A stretch of 64,000 nt of DNA from an uncultured Leptospirales bacterium. Its GTDB lineage: Bacteria > Spirochaetota > UBA4802 > JAFGDQ01. Position 1 is the stretch's first letter. Every line of letters begins with the position of its first letter. The translations under genes and the position numbers were made by a program. The DNA is taken from positions 4,972 to 68,971 of the forward strand of contig CAZVDF010000012.1 in NCBI GenBank assembly GCA_964626055.1. Reading direction: 5' to 3'. The notes under the pieces were generated by a model. That model had not been told where the DNA came from. It saw only the letters and a list, made by a program, of their open reading frames with translations, and ran no database searches. This document shows positions 18,725 to 27,466 of this stretch, piece by piece.

Positions 18725-18950
18725 GTATTTATCCCATATACTCTTTATAATGCATGGCAGAGACGGGTTTATTATGAAATAAAACCATCGCTTTTGGCTG
18801 TGGTCCACCGGTCTTTTCAACGGTGGAAATACGGGTTATGCCCGTATTCTTTTCATAACAAACGACCAAAATTGTCATCTTGAAAGAAATGTATTTTAAT
18901 AATGCTTTTAATAGGGGCTGTCTTAAAACAAAGCCTGTTTAATATGTAAT

Positions 18951-19044
18951 ATCGAAATTCGATTATATTAGTAAAATTTTCTGCGGAACTCGGCCTTCGG
19001 GCTCAGACAGTCCTCGAAAATTTTACTAATATAATCGAATTTCT
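18951..19044. repeat. MITE-like family 2, short copy, between TBDR2 and PBP2 (IR ATCGAAATTCGATTATATTAGTAAAATTTTC / GAAAATTTTACTAATATAATCGAATTTC; core CTGCGGAACTCGGCCTTCGGGCTCAGACAGTCCTC)
   Basis: Shares the AAAATTTTCTGCGGAA…TCCTCGAAAATTTT core with the other family-2 copies. Confidence 0.5.
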
Positions 19045-19198
19045 TAGAACCAAGACATTTTGGGACAACCTCTTGTTTATAATAGAACTGCGACCTCTAA
19101 AATTATTTAATTGTAAAGTCAGCTGCCGGCACAAGGCTGCGCAACATCCGAGTTGTTGCCGGCGGCTGCTTACATAGGATGAGTTATTTATACTCCTT

Positions 19199-21544
19199 TT
19201 AAACTTTTCCTGAAACAGTGAATATAACGGTTAATGGAGCAGCTGGAGCGTATGTGCCGCTGCCGTCGTATTGATATTCAGTCCAGTTGATAGTTCCTAC
19301 ATATTTTCTGTTGAAAAGATTCGTAACAGATATGCCTGCCGTAAAATCCTTGATCCCGAACAAAGAATCTTTTTTATACGCAATATTCAGATCCGCAGTA
19401 ATATAGCTTGGAACCCATTGATTATTTTCCATATTGCCATATCTGAGATCAACGTATCTCGCTATCGGCGATACTGATATATCCCATATCTTGTATTCAA
19501 GCCCCGCTGTTGCTGACCATTTCGGGCAGTCCGGCACCTGGTTGCCTTTTGCGTGTACAACATTGCTGGATGATGTTTTTACGTCATCTGAAAAGGTATA
19601 GTTGTCATACGCGCCTGAAGAAAAGATTGTGAAGTTTTTAGCCGGTGATACACCTGCCGTGAGTTCTGCGCCGTAAGATCGCGCTTTTGCGGAGCTCTCA
19701 AAATAATAGACGCCGGTACCGATGGTCGGGTCATAGATTTTAACTTGTTTATGACGATACATGGCATAAAAAACGGAAGGCTCGACATACCAACTTTCTT
19801 TGTTATATCTCATGCCTAAATCGAAGTTGTCTACGATTTCAAGTCTCAGCTTTCTCCATAGATCCTGGAAAGTAATACCGGCAGCATTAAATTGGCTCTC
19901 AAATGCGTAGTATGTTGCCGGAACAGATCCCCAGTTCTGACGGCCGTATCCGCGCGCGTAATTTGCGCGTACGACTGCGTCGCTGCCGAAGGAGTAGCTG
20001 ACACCCGCGTTCGGGAGCCATTCACGGAATGTCTTCCCGTCGCATATCATACCTCCTCTAATTGATGGATTCTGATCCCATACGTCGTCGCCGTTCGCAT
20101 CTGCCAGATCGCGGCCATCGTAATATTTGTAAGAAGGTTCACGATAGATAAGATAACGTACTCCGCCGGTTAGCATTAAATTACCGATATTGCTTTCGAG
20201 ATTCACAAAAGGGCTGTTGCTTTTATGATCTGTAAATTTAGCGAGGTTATTCCAGCCTGCGAATGTCAGTGATCCGTTGTTTTGAATTCTATAAGCTTTT
20301 TGATTGCTTGGGGGGGGCGGCGGCTGCATTGATTGATACCAGTGTCCAAGGCTGACGCTATGGCCTTTAAAAGTATGATCATAGCTCAATACTCCCCCGT
20401 ATGTATCATGTTTTTGATACCAATAGGTTACTCCGGGTCGATTAAGATCTGCAGCTCTTACGTTGGATAGCTTGCTGGTCCCGGATATTGATAAACCGTC
20501 TTCCCGTATGTAATAAGGTTTCAAAAACAGTTTACCGTTATCAAAAACAGATAATACGGCTTTTCCGAAAACAGCCTGTTCCGTATATCTCTGCTTATTG
20601 TAATCTTTATAAGCCCAATCCTGTGCCGAGTAAGTCTTTTTATCATTATAGCTATATTTGTAGTTGTCGGAATCTGAAATATTTTTTGCTTGTTCATATG
20701 TTAGATTTCTGTAGTTATGCCCATTGTCCCTGCTCCATATTCCATATGCTTCGATATAGAGCCTGCTTAATATAGTCTGTGTTAAGCCTATTTCTGCGTT
20801 CTGACGCTGCTGAAAACCATCGCCGCGCCATTGATTCGCGTAAGTATAAGAACCGGAAGCGAAAATGCTGGTACCCCACGGCATTTTACCGGAATCAACC
20901 CTAGCATAAGTTTTGGTGAAATCGTAAGTGCCGACGGATTGTTTTACCTGTGTGGAGAATGTGTCGGACGGCTTCAGCATAATCATGTTTATAACTCCTC
21001 CGGCATTTGAAAATCCGAATCCTTTGTTTGCCGGCACAGCTCCGCTGTAAAGCGTAGTGCTTTCTATGTTTTCCAGATCGATAATATCGCCCTGTGCTCC
21101 GAAATAATGACCTCCCTGAATCGGTACGCTGTCAACGTTTCGGCATAGATGATAGGAATTTTTCCCTCTGATATTGACAGCCTGGCCTTTATCCAAACCA
21201 TATGCATCCGGGCTTTGTATATTGACTGATGGCAGAGTTTGTAGCGGCATTAACGAATTTGTCTGACTTGCCCCGCCAAGTCGTTCGATGCCTTTTTTAT
21301 TCACTGTTCTTTCCTGATATGGCTCCTTTCCTTTTCTTTCGAAAAAATTTTCGCGTTTCCCTTTTACGACGATCTCGGCTGAAAGGGGCACTTCGTTTCC
21401 GCTTTTCTCTTTTTCAACATCCGCTTCTTTTTTATCGACGTCTTTAGATGAATCCAGGGCATTGACGTCATTAAAGGCTATAAAGCAGAATAGCAACGAT
21501 AAAAAAAGTATTGTTTTACTTAATGGATATTGCTTGCATTTCAT
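19199..21544 (-). CDS. TonB-dependent outer-membrane receptor (TBDR2), paralogue of TBDR1
   Basis: 781 aa. Signal peptide. TonB-box-like AEIVVKGKR. Plug plus barrel architecture. Mod-box upstream. Confidence 0.7.
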   Translation of the reverse strand: MKCKQYPLSKTILFLSLLFCFIAFNDVNALDSSKDVDKKEADVEKEKSGNEVPLSAEIVVKGKRENFFERKGKEPYQERTVNKKGIERLGGASQTNSLMPLQTLPSVNIQSPDAYGLDKGQAVNIRGKNSYHLCRNVDSVPIQGGHYFGAQGDIIDLENIESTTLYSGAVPANKGFGFSNAGGVINMIMLKPSDTFSTQVKQSVGTYDFTKTYARVDSGKMPWGTSIFASGSYTYANQWRGDGFQQRQNAEIGLTQTILSRLYIEAYGIWSRDNGHNYRNLTYEQAKNISDSDNYKYSYNDKKTYSAQDWAYKDYNKQRYTEQAVFGKAVLSVFDNGKLFLKPYYIREDGLSISGTSKLSNVRAADLNRPGVTYWYQKHDTYGGVLSYDHTFKGHSVSLGHWYQSMQPPPPPSNQKAYRIQNNGSLTFAGWNNLAKFTDHKSNSPFVNLESNIGNLMLTGGVRYLIYREPSYKYYDGRDLADANGDDVWDQNPSIRGGMICDGKTFREWLPNAGVSYSFGSDAVVRANYARGYGRQNWGSVPATYYAFESQFNAAGITFQDLWRKLRLEIVDNFDLGMRYNKESWYVEPSVFYAMYRHKQVKIYDPTIGTGVYYFESSAKARSYGAELTAGVSPAKNFTIFSSGAYDNYTFSDDVKTSSSNVVHAKGNQVPDCPKWSATAGLEYKIWDISVSPIARYVDLRYGNMENNQWVPSYITADLNIAYKKDSLFGIKDFTAGISVTNLFNRKYVGTINWTEYQYDGSGTYAPAAPLTVIFTVSGKV

Positions 21545-21744
21545 TGTAAAAACCTCCTGAAAAATTAAATGATGTATTTATTTAATTATTTTTTTGTGAT
21601 ATCCGGACGAGTAATGGCATCCGGAATATTTTTTTGGGGGGAATTGATTAGGATGTTATCTGTTTCCCTTACTCAATACTTTATACTTATCCTTTCATTA
21701 TCAATAAGCAGCCTCCTTTTTGTACATGTTATCCAAAAAATATT

Positions 21745-21790
21745 CGCTATGTCTAAAAAAACATAACGTATATTCGTGTCAATAATTATT
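21745..21790 (+). promoter_or_regulatory. Mod-box module copy 5: CGCTATGTCTAAAAAAACATAACG then TGTCAATAATTATTTATAT, upstream of TBDR2
   Basis: Matches the module consensus. Confidence 0.55.
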
Positions 21791-21897
21791 TATATATTTT
21801 AACTAATTTATTATAGAGTATTATTTTGATGACCCAGGATACGGAGGTTGCATATGTATTAAAATTAATTATGAACCGGCCCTATATAGGTCAAACA

Positions 21898-22105
21898 TCA
21901 GATATCCTCGCTCAATATCTCCAAAACTTCATTCTCGGACATTTGATAACGGAAGAAGTGTTTATAAAAATACTGCATCTCTTTGATCAGATTTAAATCT
22001 GTAAACTTATCGGGGTGAAGTATTTTTGCTGTACGAAGCACCATAAGAGGCTGCTCCGCGGTCCTGCTCGCCCATGAATGAGCCGCTGTGGAGCGGTAAA
22101 TATTT
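21898..22105 (-). pseudogene. C-terminal remnant (~68 codons) of a FecB-type periplasmic binding protein gene, without an N-terminal part
   Basis: Hand translation gives …IREKIQLNIYRSTAAHSWASRTAEQPLMVLRTAKILHPDKFTDLNLIKEMQYFYKHFFRYQMSENEVLEILSEDI*. This aligns residue-for-residue with the C-terminus of PBP2 (…INKKVYSIPMGAHSWGQRTVEQALTVLWAAKMFYPDRFRHISIEDEVRSFYRRFFDYKLSDSDIKTIL…). The frame runs into the 3' end of the 22129 gene in a different frame. Confidence 0.5.
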
Positions 22106-22128
22106 AACTGTATTTTTCGCGGATTATC

Positions 22129-23091
22129 CTATTTCGCGTTCCTGAAAATATCCGCAAGGTTTTTCTTTAACCGGTGAATGTCGTTATTCCTTATGAAATC
22201 CCATCCGACCCATTTAAACCCGGCTCCTTCAGGCAACCTGTTGTCGACATCTATGTGCTGGCTTGGGAATCCCATTCCCGCAGCCAGTTCCCCGAAATCT
22301 TTTCCGGTTATATATAAAGCTAAAACCTCCGCCCTTTTGAGCCCGATTTTTTTAACAAGCATGTATACCGGTTCAAGTATGGCGCCGTCTTCAGGCCAGA
22401 TAAGCTCCATCCCGTCATTCGTTGAGTCTTTCAATGCAAAATGATAGGGTATTGCATACACGGCCGGTTTGTCTTTTTTGCCTGCCATGTCGTTCACAAT
22501 TTTCGAATACCCTTCCACTGCTATAACATTACGGGCCAGCTTTTTTATTCCGTCTTCTCCGAAATATTTGAATATTGTAAATAACACTGCGTCATTCGCG
22601 ATGCCGTCTTTCCCGCTGACTGCGATCTTTTTTGTGTATTTATCATCAAGGATATCCGTCCATCCGGCAGGCGCAGGCAGCTTCCCCAATTCTCTCCTGT
22701 CCGCCAGGAATACATAAGGGAAGGAAGAAACAAGCCTGTAACACCCTATTTTATCGATATATCCGTCATTTTGAAAATTTTCATTCATCCGCTCATCGGC
22801 GAATCCCGCGAAATTCTCCGTATTTGCGAATTTTTTTATGAATTCGGATTTCATAAAATCTCCGAATCCCATTGAAATGATTACATCAGGCAGCATTTCC
22901 ATGCTTTTAATGTCAGTAAAATTATCGTATTTCGCTCTGTCCTCTGAAAAAGAAGGCAAGACAACCACTAGCTCCTCTCCCGTCTTCAATTTATGCTCTT
23001 CCAGCAAAATGTTCAGTCGTGCCAGCAGCGGTCTTTCCATGGGGCACGGAGCAAATGCAATCATATTTATTTCCCTGTTATCAACGATCAT
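22129..23091 (-). CDS. Substrate-binding-protein-like (type-2 PBP fold?) protein lacking a signal peptide; function unknown
   Basis: 320 aa. No hydrophobic N-terminus. 12-nt gap after the ATPase gene, so no room for a leader. Weak resemblance to Fe3+/thiamine-type solute-binding proteins. Low certainty. Confidence 0.35.
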   Translation of the reverse strand: MIVDNREINMIAFAPCPMERPLLARLNILLEEHKLKTGEELVVVLPSFSEDRAKYDNFTDIKSMEMLPDVIISMGFGDFMKSEFIKKFANTENFAGFADERMNENFQNDGYIDKIGCYRLVSSFPYVFLADRRELGKLPAPAGWTDILDDKYTKKIAVSGKDGIANDAVLFTIFKYFGEDGIKKLARNVIAVEGYSKIVNDMAGKKDKPAVYAIPYHFALKDSTNDGMELIWPEDGAILEPVYMLVKKIGLKRAEVLALYITGKDFGELAAGMGFPSQHIDVDNRLPEGAGFKWVGWDFIRNNDIHRLKKNLADIFRNAK

Positions 23092-23103
23092 GATGTTATC
23101 CTC

Positions 23104-23937
23104 CTAAATATCATTCTCCTTAAAATTTTTCTTATTATTTTTTCCTGAAATCCCGCATACGGACTTAGGTATGCATACCCTCAGAGAATCGTTCAACTTC
23201 AATACATTCACGCTTGCGTTATAAAGGTCGGATAGGCTCTCACTGTTAATCACGTCGTCGCTTTTGCCGTCGGCCGCTATGACGCCGTTTTTAATCATGA
23301 TCGCGCGATCGGCTATCCAGAGCGCATGCTCCGGGGAATGCGTCGATTTAATGAATGTATAGCCTTCCTTCGACAGCTTGACTATTTCTTCGAGCAGCTT
23401 TAGCTGATTCCCATAATCGAGTCCGCTTGCGGGTTCGTCCATAATGACTGTTTTTGCTCCCTGTGCGAGTGCCCTTGCGATTATTGTAAGCTGTCTTTCA
23501 CCGCCGCTGATTTCAGTGTATGGCCTTTCCGCAAGATGCAATATTGACAGCCTTTTCATGGCTTCATGCGCGATTCGCACATCGTCTTTAGTGTATTTAT
23601 AAAAAAAATTTTTATGCGGGATCCTGCCCATAAGAACGACATCAATAACACTGTAAGGGAAAACCGTTTTATGAATCTGCGGGACATAAGCGATTTTTCG
23701 CGCAAGCTCTTTGATGCCGATGTCGCTGATATTTTTTCCGTTAACATATATGTTGCCTCTGGCCGGGTTAAGGAATCTAAGCATAATCCTGATCAGCGTT
23801 GTTTTGCCGCTGCCATTCGGGCCGAGAATAGTTACGATTTCTCCCTCAGTAACATTAAAATTAATTTGCTCGAGAATAATTCTATTTGTGTATCCGAATG
23901 AAATATCGCTTACACTGATATGCCGCTTTAGCTCCAT
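23104..23937 (-). CDS. ABC transporter ATP-binding protein, FepC/FecE type
   Basis: GPNGSGKTT, SGGERQ, IMDEP motifs; 277 aa; overlaps the permease gene. Confidence 0.85.
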   Translation of the reverse strand: MELKRHISVSDISFGYTNRIILEQINFNVTEGEIVTILGPNGSGKTTLIRIMLRFLNPARGNIYVNGKNISDIGIKELARKIAYVPQIHKTVFPYSVIDVVLMGRIPHKNFFYKYTKDDVRIAHEAMKRLSILHLAERPYTEISGGERQLTIIARALAQGAKTVIMDEPASGLDYGNQLKLLEEIVKLSKEGYTFIKSTHSPEHALWIADRAIMIKNGVIAADGKSDDVINSESLSDLYNASVNVLKLNDSLRVCIPKSVCGISGKNNKKNFKENDI

Positions 23938-24947
23938 CCCTTCCTCGCCTTTCTTAATATAAGCACAAAGAACGGTATGCCTATAATAGATGTGATTATT
24001 CCGATTGGTATCTCGACATCAAAAAGAAGCCGTGAAAAATTGTCGACTATGATAAGATAGGAAGCCCCGATAAGAGCGCTTGCGGGGATTAATACTTTGT
24101 TGTCCGGTCCTATTAACATCCTGGCGATATGCGGAATGATAAGCCCTACCCAGCCTATCATTCCAGCCATAACAACCGTCATTGCGCTTATTACTGTCGA
24201 GATCAAAATAAGCAGCATTCGAATTTTGCCGACAGGAACTCCGAGAGCCTGCGCTTCATCATCTCCAAGGCTCAATGCGTTTATGTAACCGGAAAGAAGG
24301 ATGATAATGATTATCCCGGTAGTTTGAGTTACAGCAGAAAAAAAAGCCGTATGTTTGTCGCAAAATGATAGACTCCCCATGAGCCACTGGGTTATGGCCG
24401 GGAGCTGGTTATATGGATCTGCGACATATTTCATGATCGAAAGCATCGCTGTAAAAAATGCGCCGCTTATTACGCCTCCAAGTATTAAAAGAAGAACAGA
24501 ATTTCCCCTGTACATCTTTGCGATCCCGACTGAGATCATGACTGCCGCGAAACCGAAACTGAATGTAAGCACCTGCACCGTAAACCAGCTTTTTGCAGTA
24601 ATCATTCCCAGAGCGGCGCCAAAGGAAGCACCTGCGAGAACACCCAGAATGGACGGGGAGACAAGCGGATTAACGAATATAGCCTGGTACGTTGCCCCTG
24701 AAACAGCCAGAGAGGCTCCTATTACAAGACCCGCCACAATCCGAGGCATCCTTATTTCAATTAAAATATTATTCAGAAGCTGAAGCCTGCCGGCATCCAT
24801 ATCGCATACGTTAAACAGTTTGTTTAAAAAAAAACAGACTGTGTCTCTGACAGGGACCGGGTACTTTCCCATTGTAAGTGAAACAACCACTGTACAGACC
24901 AGTATTAAACCAAGCAGGATGAATAATTTTTTCTTGTGAAATATCAT
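23928..24947 (-). CDS. FecCD/BtuC-family ABC permease
   Basis: 339 aa, ~9-10 TM helices, conserved FecCD core (…RIVAGLVIGASLAVSGATYQAIFVNPLVSPSILGV…). Confidence 0.85.
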   Translation of the reverse strand: MIFHKKKLFILLGLILVCTVVVSLTMGKYPVPVRDTVCFFLNKLFNVCDMDAGRLQLLNNILIEIRMPRIVAGLVIGASLAVSGATYQAIFVNPLVSPSILGVLAGASFGAALGMITAKSWFTVQVLTFSFGFAAVMISVGIAKMYRGNSVLLLILGGVISGAFFTAMLSIMKYVADPYNQLPAITQWLMGSLSFCDKHTAFFSAVTQTTGIIIIILLSGYINALSLGDDEAQALGVPVGKIRMLLILISTVISAMTVVMAGMIGWVGLIIPHIARMLIGPDNKVLIPASALIGASYLIIVDNFSRLLFDVEIPIGIITSIIGIPFFVLILRKARKGWS

Positions 24948-25267
24948 ATGGAATTATTTATCTTTTAAATTTCTTCTTTATTATTTGCCTTAAATCCCGC
25001 CTTTCTCTGCTGAATGACAGCAAACACTACTCAAAAAAAATCAGCCCTGATAATCCGATTAATTTTTTATTTAAAAGTTAACAGAGAAAGATACTTTTTA
25101 AATATCTTCCCGCTTACTTGATCTTCCGCAATTCGGTTACAGTAACAGTTATTGAATTTACATTATTAATATATGGAACAACATATTACTTGTTACCTTG
25201 TGTTTGCATTTCGCACAATACCTGTTATAAAAGTTATAATTATTTTCTAAAACTATTATAAGTTGCT

Positions 25268-26137
25268 TTACCGTTTGTCCATAACAGGCAGTTTATTCCG
25301 GCTGATCACTACCCGCTCTGCCGATTTGCCGTAAAAGTGATAACCGGAACCGGCTTCCATAAGCGTGTCCAGAAGCGCGTCCGGATTTGTTACCATAATA
25401 CCGCCGATTTTATTTACTCCACGCCTGAAAAAAGCTTCGGGGAGCATGCTGGCGGTAGGCCATACCAGTATAACTTCCGCTTCAGGGCGCGCAAGTTTCA
25501 GTATATCCTGCAGCGTATCGTTGATCAGCGTAGTGCCAGTAATAATGAGAAAATCCGACTTACTTATGCATTCATTCGCTTTTTCCGGAGGACAATAGTA
25601 TTGGAGCTCATTGGCTTTGAGAGTACGCGTATCCTTCTCCAGGATATGAAACGGACGCCCCCGTGTTTTAAGCAGTCTGATATACGGTATAAGCGCGCCT
25701 ATCACTGTAACATCCGCGTCATCCGGAATAATACTGTTTTCCACAGGGTCTGCATTGTATATAATAAAATATGCTTCGGGAGATACCTTTTTCCAGTATG
25801 TCTCTGAAAGCGCGTTTAAAACCGCGATTCCCAGCGCTGCCTGCAAAGGACTTTCCTTTCTCAGATTCTCAATATATTCGGAAACCGGACGCTCTATCAA
25901 TTTTCCGCACTCCGGCATTGCCCGAAGTGAACTCGGGCAGCAGACGGCCTCAGGTATTTCCTTTACAGGCGTAAAACATATTCCGCCCTCTCCGTTGGAA
26001 AGTTTAACGCCGGAAAAAAATAATCCAATTACCGCCCTCTCAACTTTAATCGAATCCATTTCCGGCCCCAGTACAGTCCGCAGATGGTCCGCTGTCTCCA
26101 TCAGGATCTCTCGCTTTAAATTTTGTTTTAACTCCAA
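25268..26137 (-). CDS. DUF4213/DUF364-type protein (Rossmann-like 'putative heavy-metal chelation' domain family)
   Basis: 289 aa. Domain-family resemblance recalled from memory, not searched. First gene of an operon with FecCD/FepC. Mod-box 37 bp upstream. Confidence 0.45.
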   Translation of the reverse strand: MELKQNLKREILMETADHLRTVLGPEMDSIKVERAVIGLFFSGVKLSNGEGGICFTPVKEIPEAVCCPSSLRAMPECGKLIERPVSEYIENLRKESPLQAALGIAVLNALSETYWKKVSPEAYFIIYNADPVENSIIPDDADVTVIGALIPYIRLLKTRGRPFHILEKDTRTLKANELQYYCPPEKANECISKSDFLIITGTTLINDTLQDILKLARPEAEVILVWPTASMLPEAFFRRGVNKIGGIMVTNPDALLDTLMEAGSGYHFYGKSAERVVISRNKLPVMDKR

Positions 26138-26173
26138 AATAGCAACCTCCGGCTTTTTTATTAAAATGCACTG

Positions 26174-26221
26174 CGATATGTCAAAAAAAACATAACATAG
26201 CTGCCTGTCAAGGGTATTTTT
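26174..26221 (+). promoter_or_regulatory. Mod-box module copy 6: CGATATGTCAAAAAAAACATAACA then CTGTCAAGGGTATTTTT, upstream of the DUF364 operon
   Basis: Matches the module consensus. Confidence 0.6.
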
Positions 26222-26464
26222 ATAGTATTAAATTTTAATTGAAAATTTATCCGGCAGGAAGAATATATGGCAAAAAAATGGGCGCACCTTGCCGGATGCA
26301 CCCATAATATCAATGGTTTTGAGAATATACCTGAAATTTACGCACGGCCTTTTTTGGGGGGGGAAGGCCGGTTATAAATCCAGGCAGGATATAAAGGTAA
26401 CGAATTAACTTTCTAATCTATGCGTTACAATTACGTTAAGTCTAAAAAGATTATCGGAAATATT

Positions 26465-26512
26465 CGTTATGTCAATTTAAACATAACGAATATTTCCTGT
26501 CAAGTATTTATA
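26465..26512 (+). promoter_or_regulatory. Mod-box module copy 7: CGTTATGTCAATTTAAACATAACG then TGTCAAGTATTTATAAT; no adjacent minus-strand gene; nearest plus-strand gene is the ModE-like regulator 600 bp away
   Basis: Perfect half-sites. Confidence 0.6.
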
Positions 26513-26546
26513 ATATTTTTTTAAAAAATTTTTTAGTGTCTACAGA

Positions 26547-26800
26547 AACCATCTCGAAATTACAGATTTAAGTAAGTAATTAGCGATAAAGCGGGATACA
26601 TTACAAAATTTTTGAGGACGCCTTTCAGACCTGATGCAACAGTCTTCGAAAGTATGAAAAGTTAACCAGAAAGTCCGACAGCCACGGATGGCTTAGTGCC
26701 GGGTGCGGGCAGGAAGCCCGTTTGTACCCGGCTGATTCCGCAGAAAATTTTGTAATGTATCCCGCTTTATCGACAAATAAAATATAATTTTGAGGTGAGT
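26547..26800. repeat. MITE-like family 2, long copy (outer IR CATCTCGAAATTA / ATAATTTTGAGGTG; inner IR GCGATAAAGCGGGATACATTACAAAATTTT / AAAATTTTGTAATGTATCCCGCTTTATCG) with an extra ~110-bp GC-rich structured insert
   Basis: Inverted orientation relative to copies 6747 and 41340. The insert 26660-26745 forms long stems (CCGGGTGCGGGCAGGAAGCCCGTTTGTACCCGG). Confidence 0.55.
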
Positions 26801-27115
26801 TCGAATTTAACTATCCCGCATCCCGTAAAATCCGTAATACCGGAATTTTTTTACTTTTGGATTTTTTAATTTAATAAAATTCCCCGGGGCAAGCCTCCGG
26901 TACTAACGTACCGGCCGCCACCTTCGGTGTCGGCGGGGTATTATGTTTCAAGGCGTTATCGATTTGCTCCGCAAATCGATAGGCTTACATCCTCGACGCA
27001 AGCGTCAAGGTATTACGCCTTGAAATAAAGGATTCGCTTACGGCTTTTTAATAAAGCCTTCATCAAAGGCTTTATTAACTTGACAAATTATAAAAATATC
27101 GAGATCTTAGCAATC

Positions 27116-27466
27116 ATGATAAGGAAAAACTTCGACATCGGATATAAAATCTGGCTTGATAAAAACGGCATGGCTTTCGGATTGGGTCCGTACATGCTTT
27201 TAAAAAACATTCAGATCACATCCTCTTTAAGCCAGGCGGCTCTTGAACTGAAAATGTCGTACCGCCAGGCATGGGGGCTTATAAAAGAATGCGAAGAAAG
27301 ACTGGGCTTTGACCTGATCGAGCGCCAGGCAGGCGGCGCATCCGGCGGATACTCCCTCTTGACTCCGGAAGGTGAAAGATTTATTTTCTGGTTTGAAGGC
27401 CTGCACGATGAAATTGCTAAAACAATCGATAAAATATTCAAAAAGAGGCTGGAAAAACTCAGTTAA
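27116..27466 (+). CDS. ModE N-terminal-domain-like winged-helix transcriptional regulator (no TOBE domains)
   Basis: …ITSSLSQAALELKMSYRQAWGLIKECEERLGFDLIERQAGGASGGYSLLTPEGERFIFWF… matches the ModE HTH domain pattern (E. coli …ISQGAKDAGISYKSAWDAINEMNQLSEHILVERATGGKGGGGAVLTRYGQRL…). The ORF-track start at 27080 is a TTG; the ATG at 27116 is preferred. No clear RBS. Confidence 0.6.
   Translation: MIRKNFDIGYKIWLDKNGMAFGLGPYMLLKNIQITSSLSQAALELKMSYRQAWGLIKECEERLGFDLIERQAGGASGGYSLLTPEGERFIFWFEGLHDEIAKTIDKIFKKRLEKLS

Noticed and set aside
21569-21766. 65-aa plus-strand ORF overlapping Mod-box 5
   Set aside because: Highly hydrophobic, poly-Phe/Leu translation of AT-rich promoter DNA; no RBS
22129-23091. 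320-aa ORF as the periplasmic binding protein of the FecCD/FepC system
   Set aside because: No signal peptide and no room upstream for one; not similar to the FecB-type PBPs in the window. Kept as a cytoplasmic SBP-like protein of unknown role.
26790-26820. GAGTTCGAATTT resembling a tRNA T-loop
   Set aside because: No complementary T-stem, no acceptor/anticodon arm structure around it; part of the MITE outer repeat
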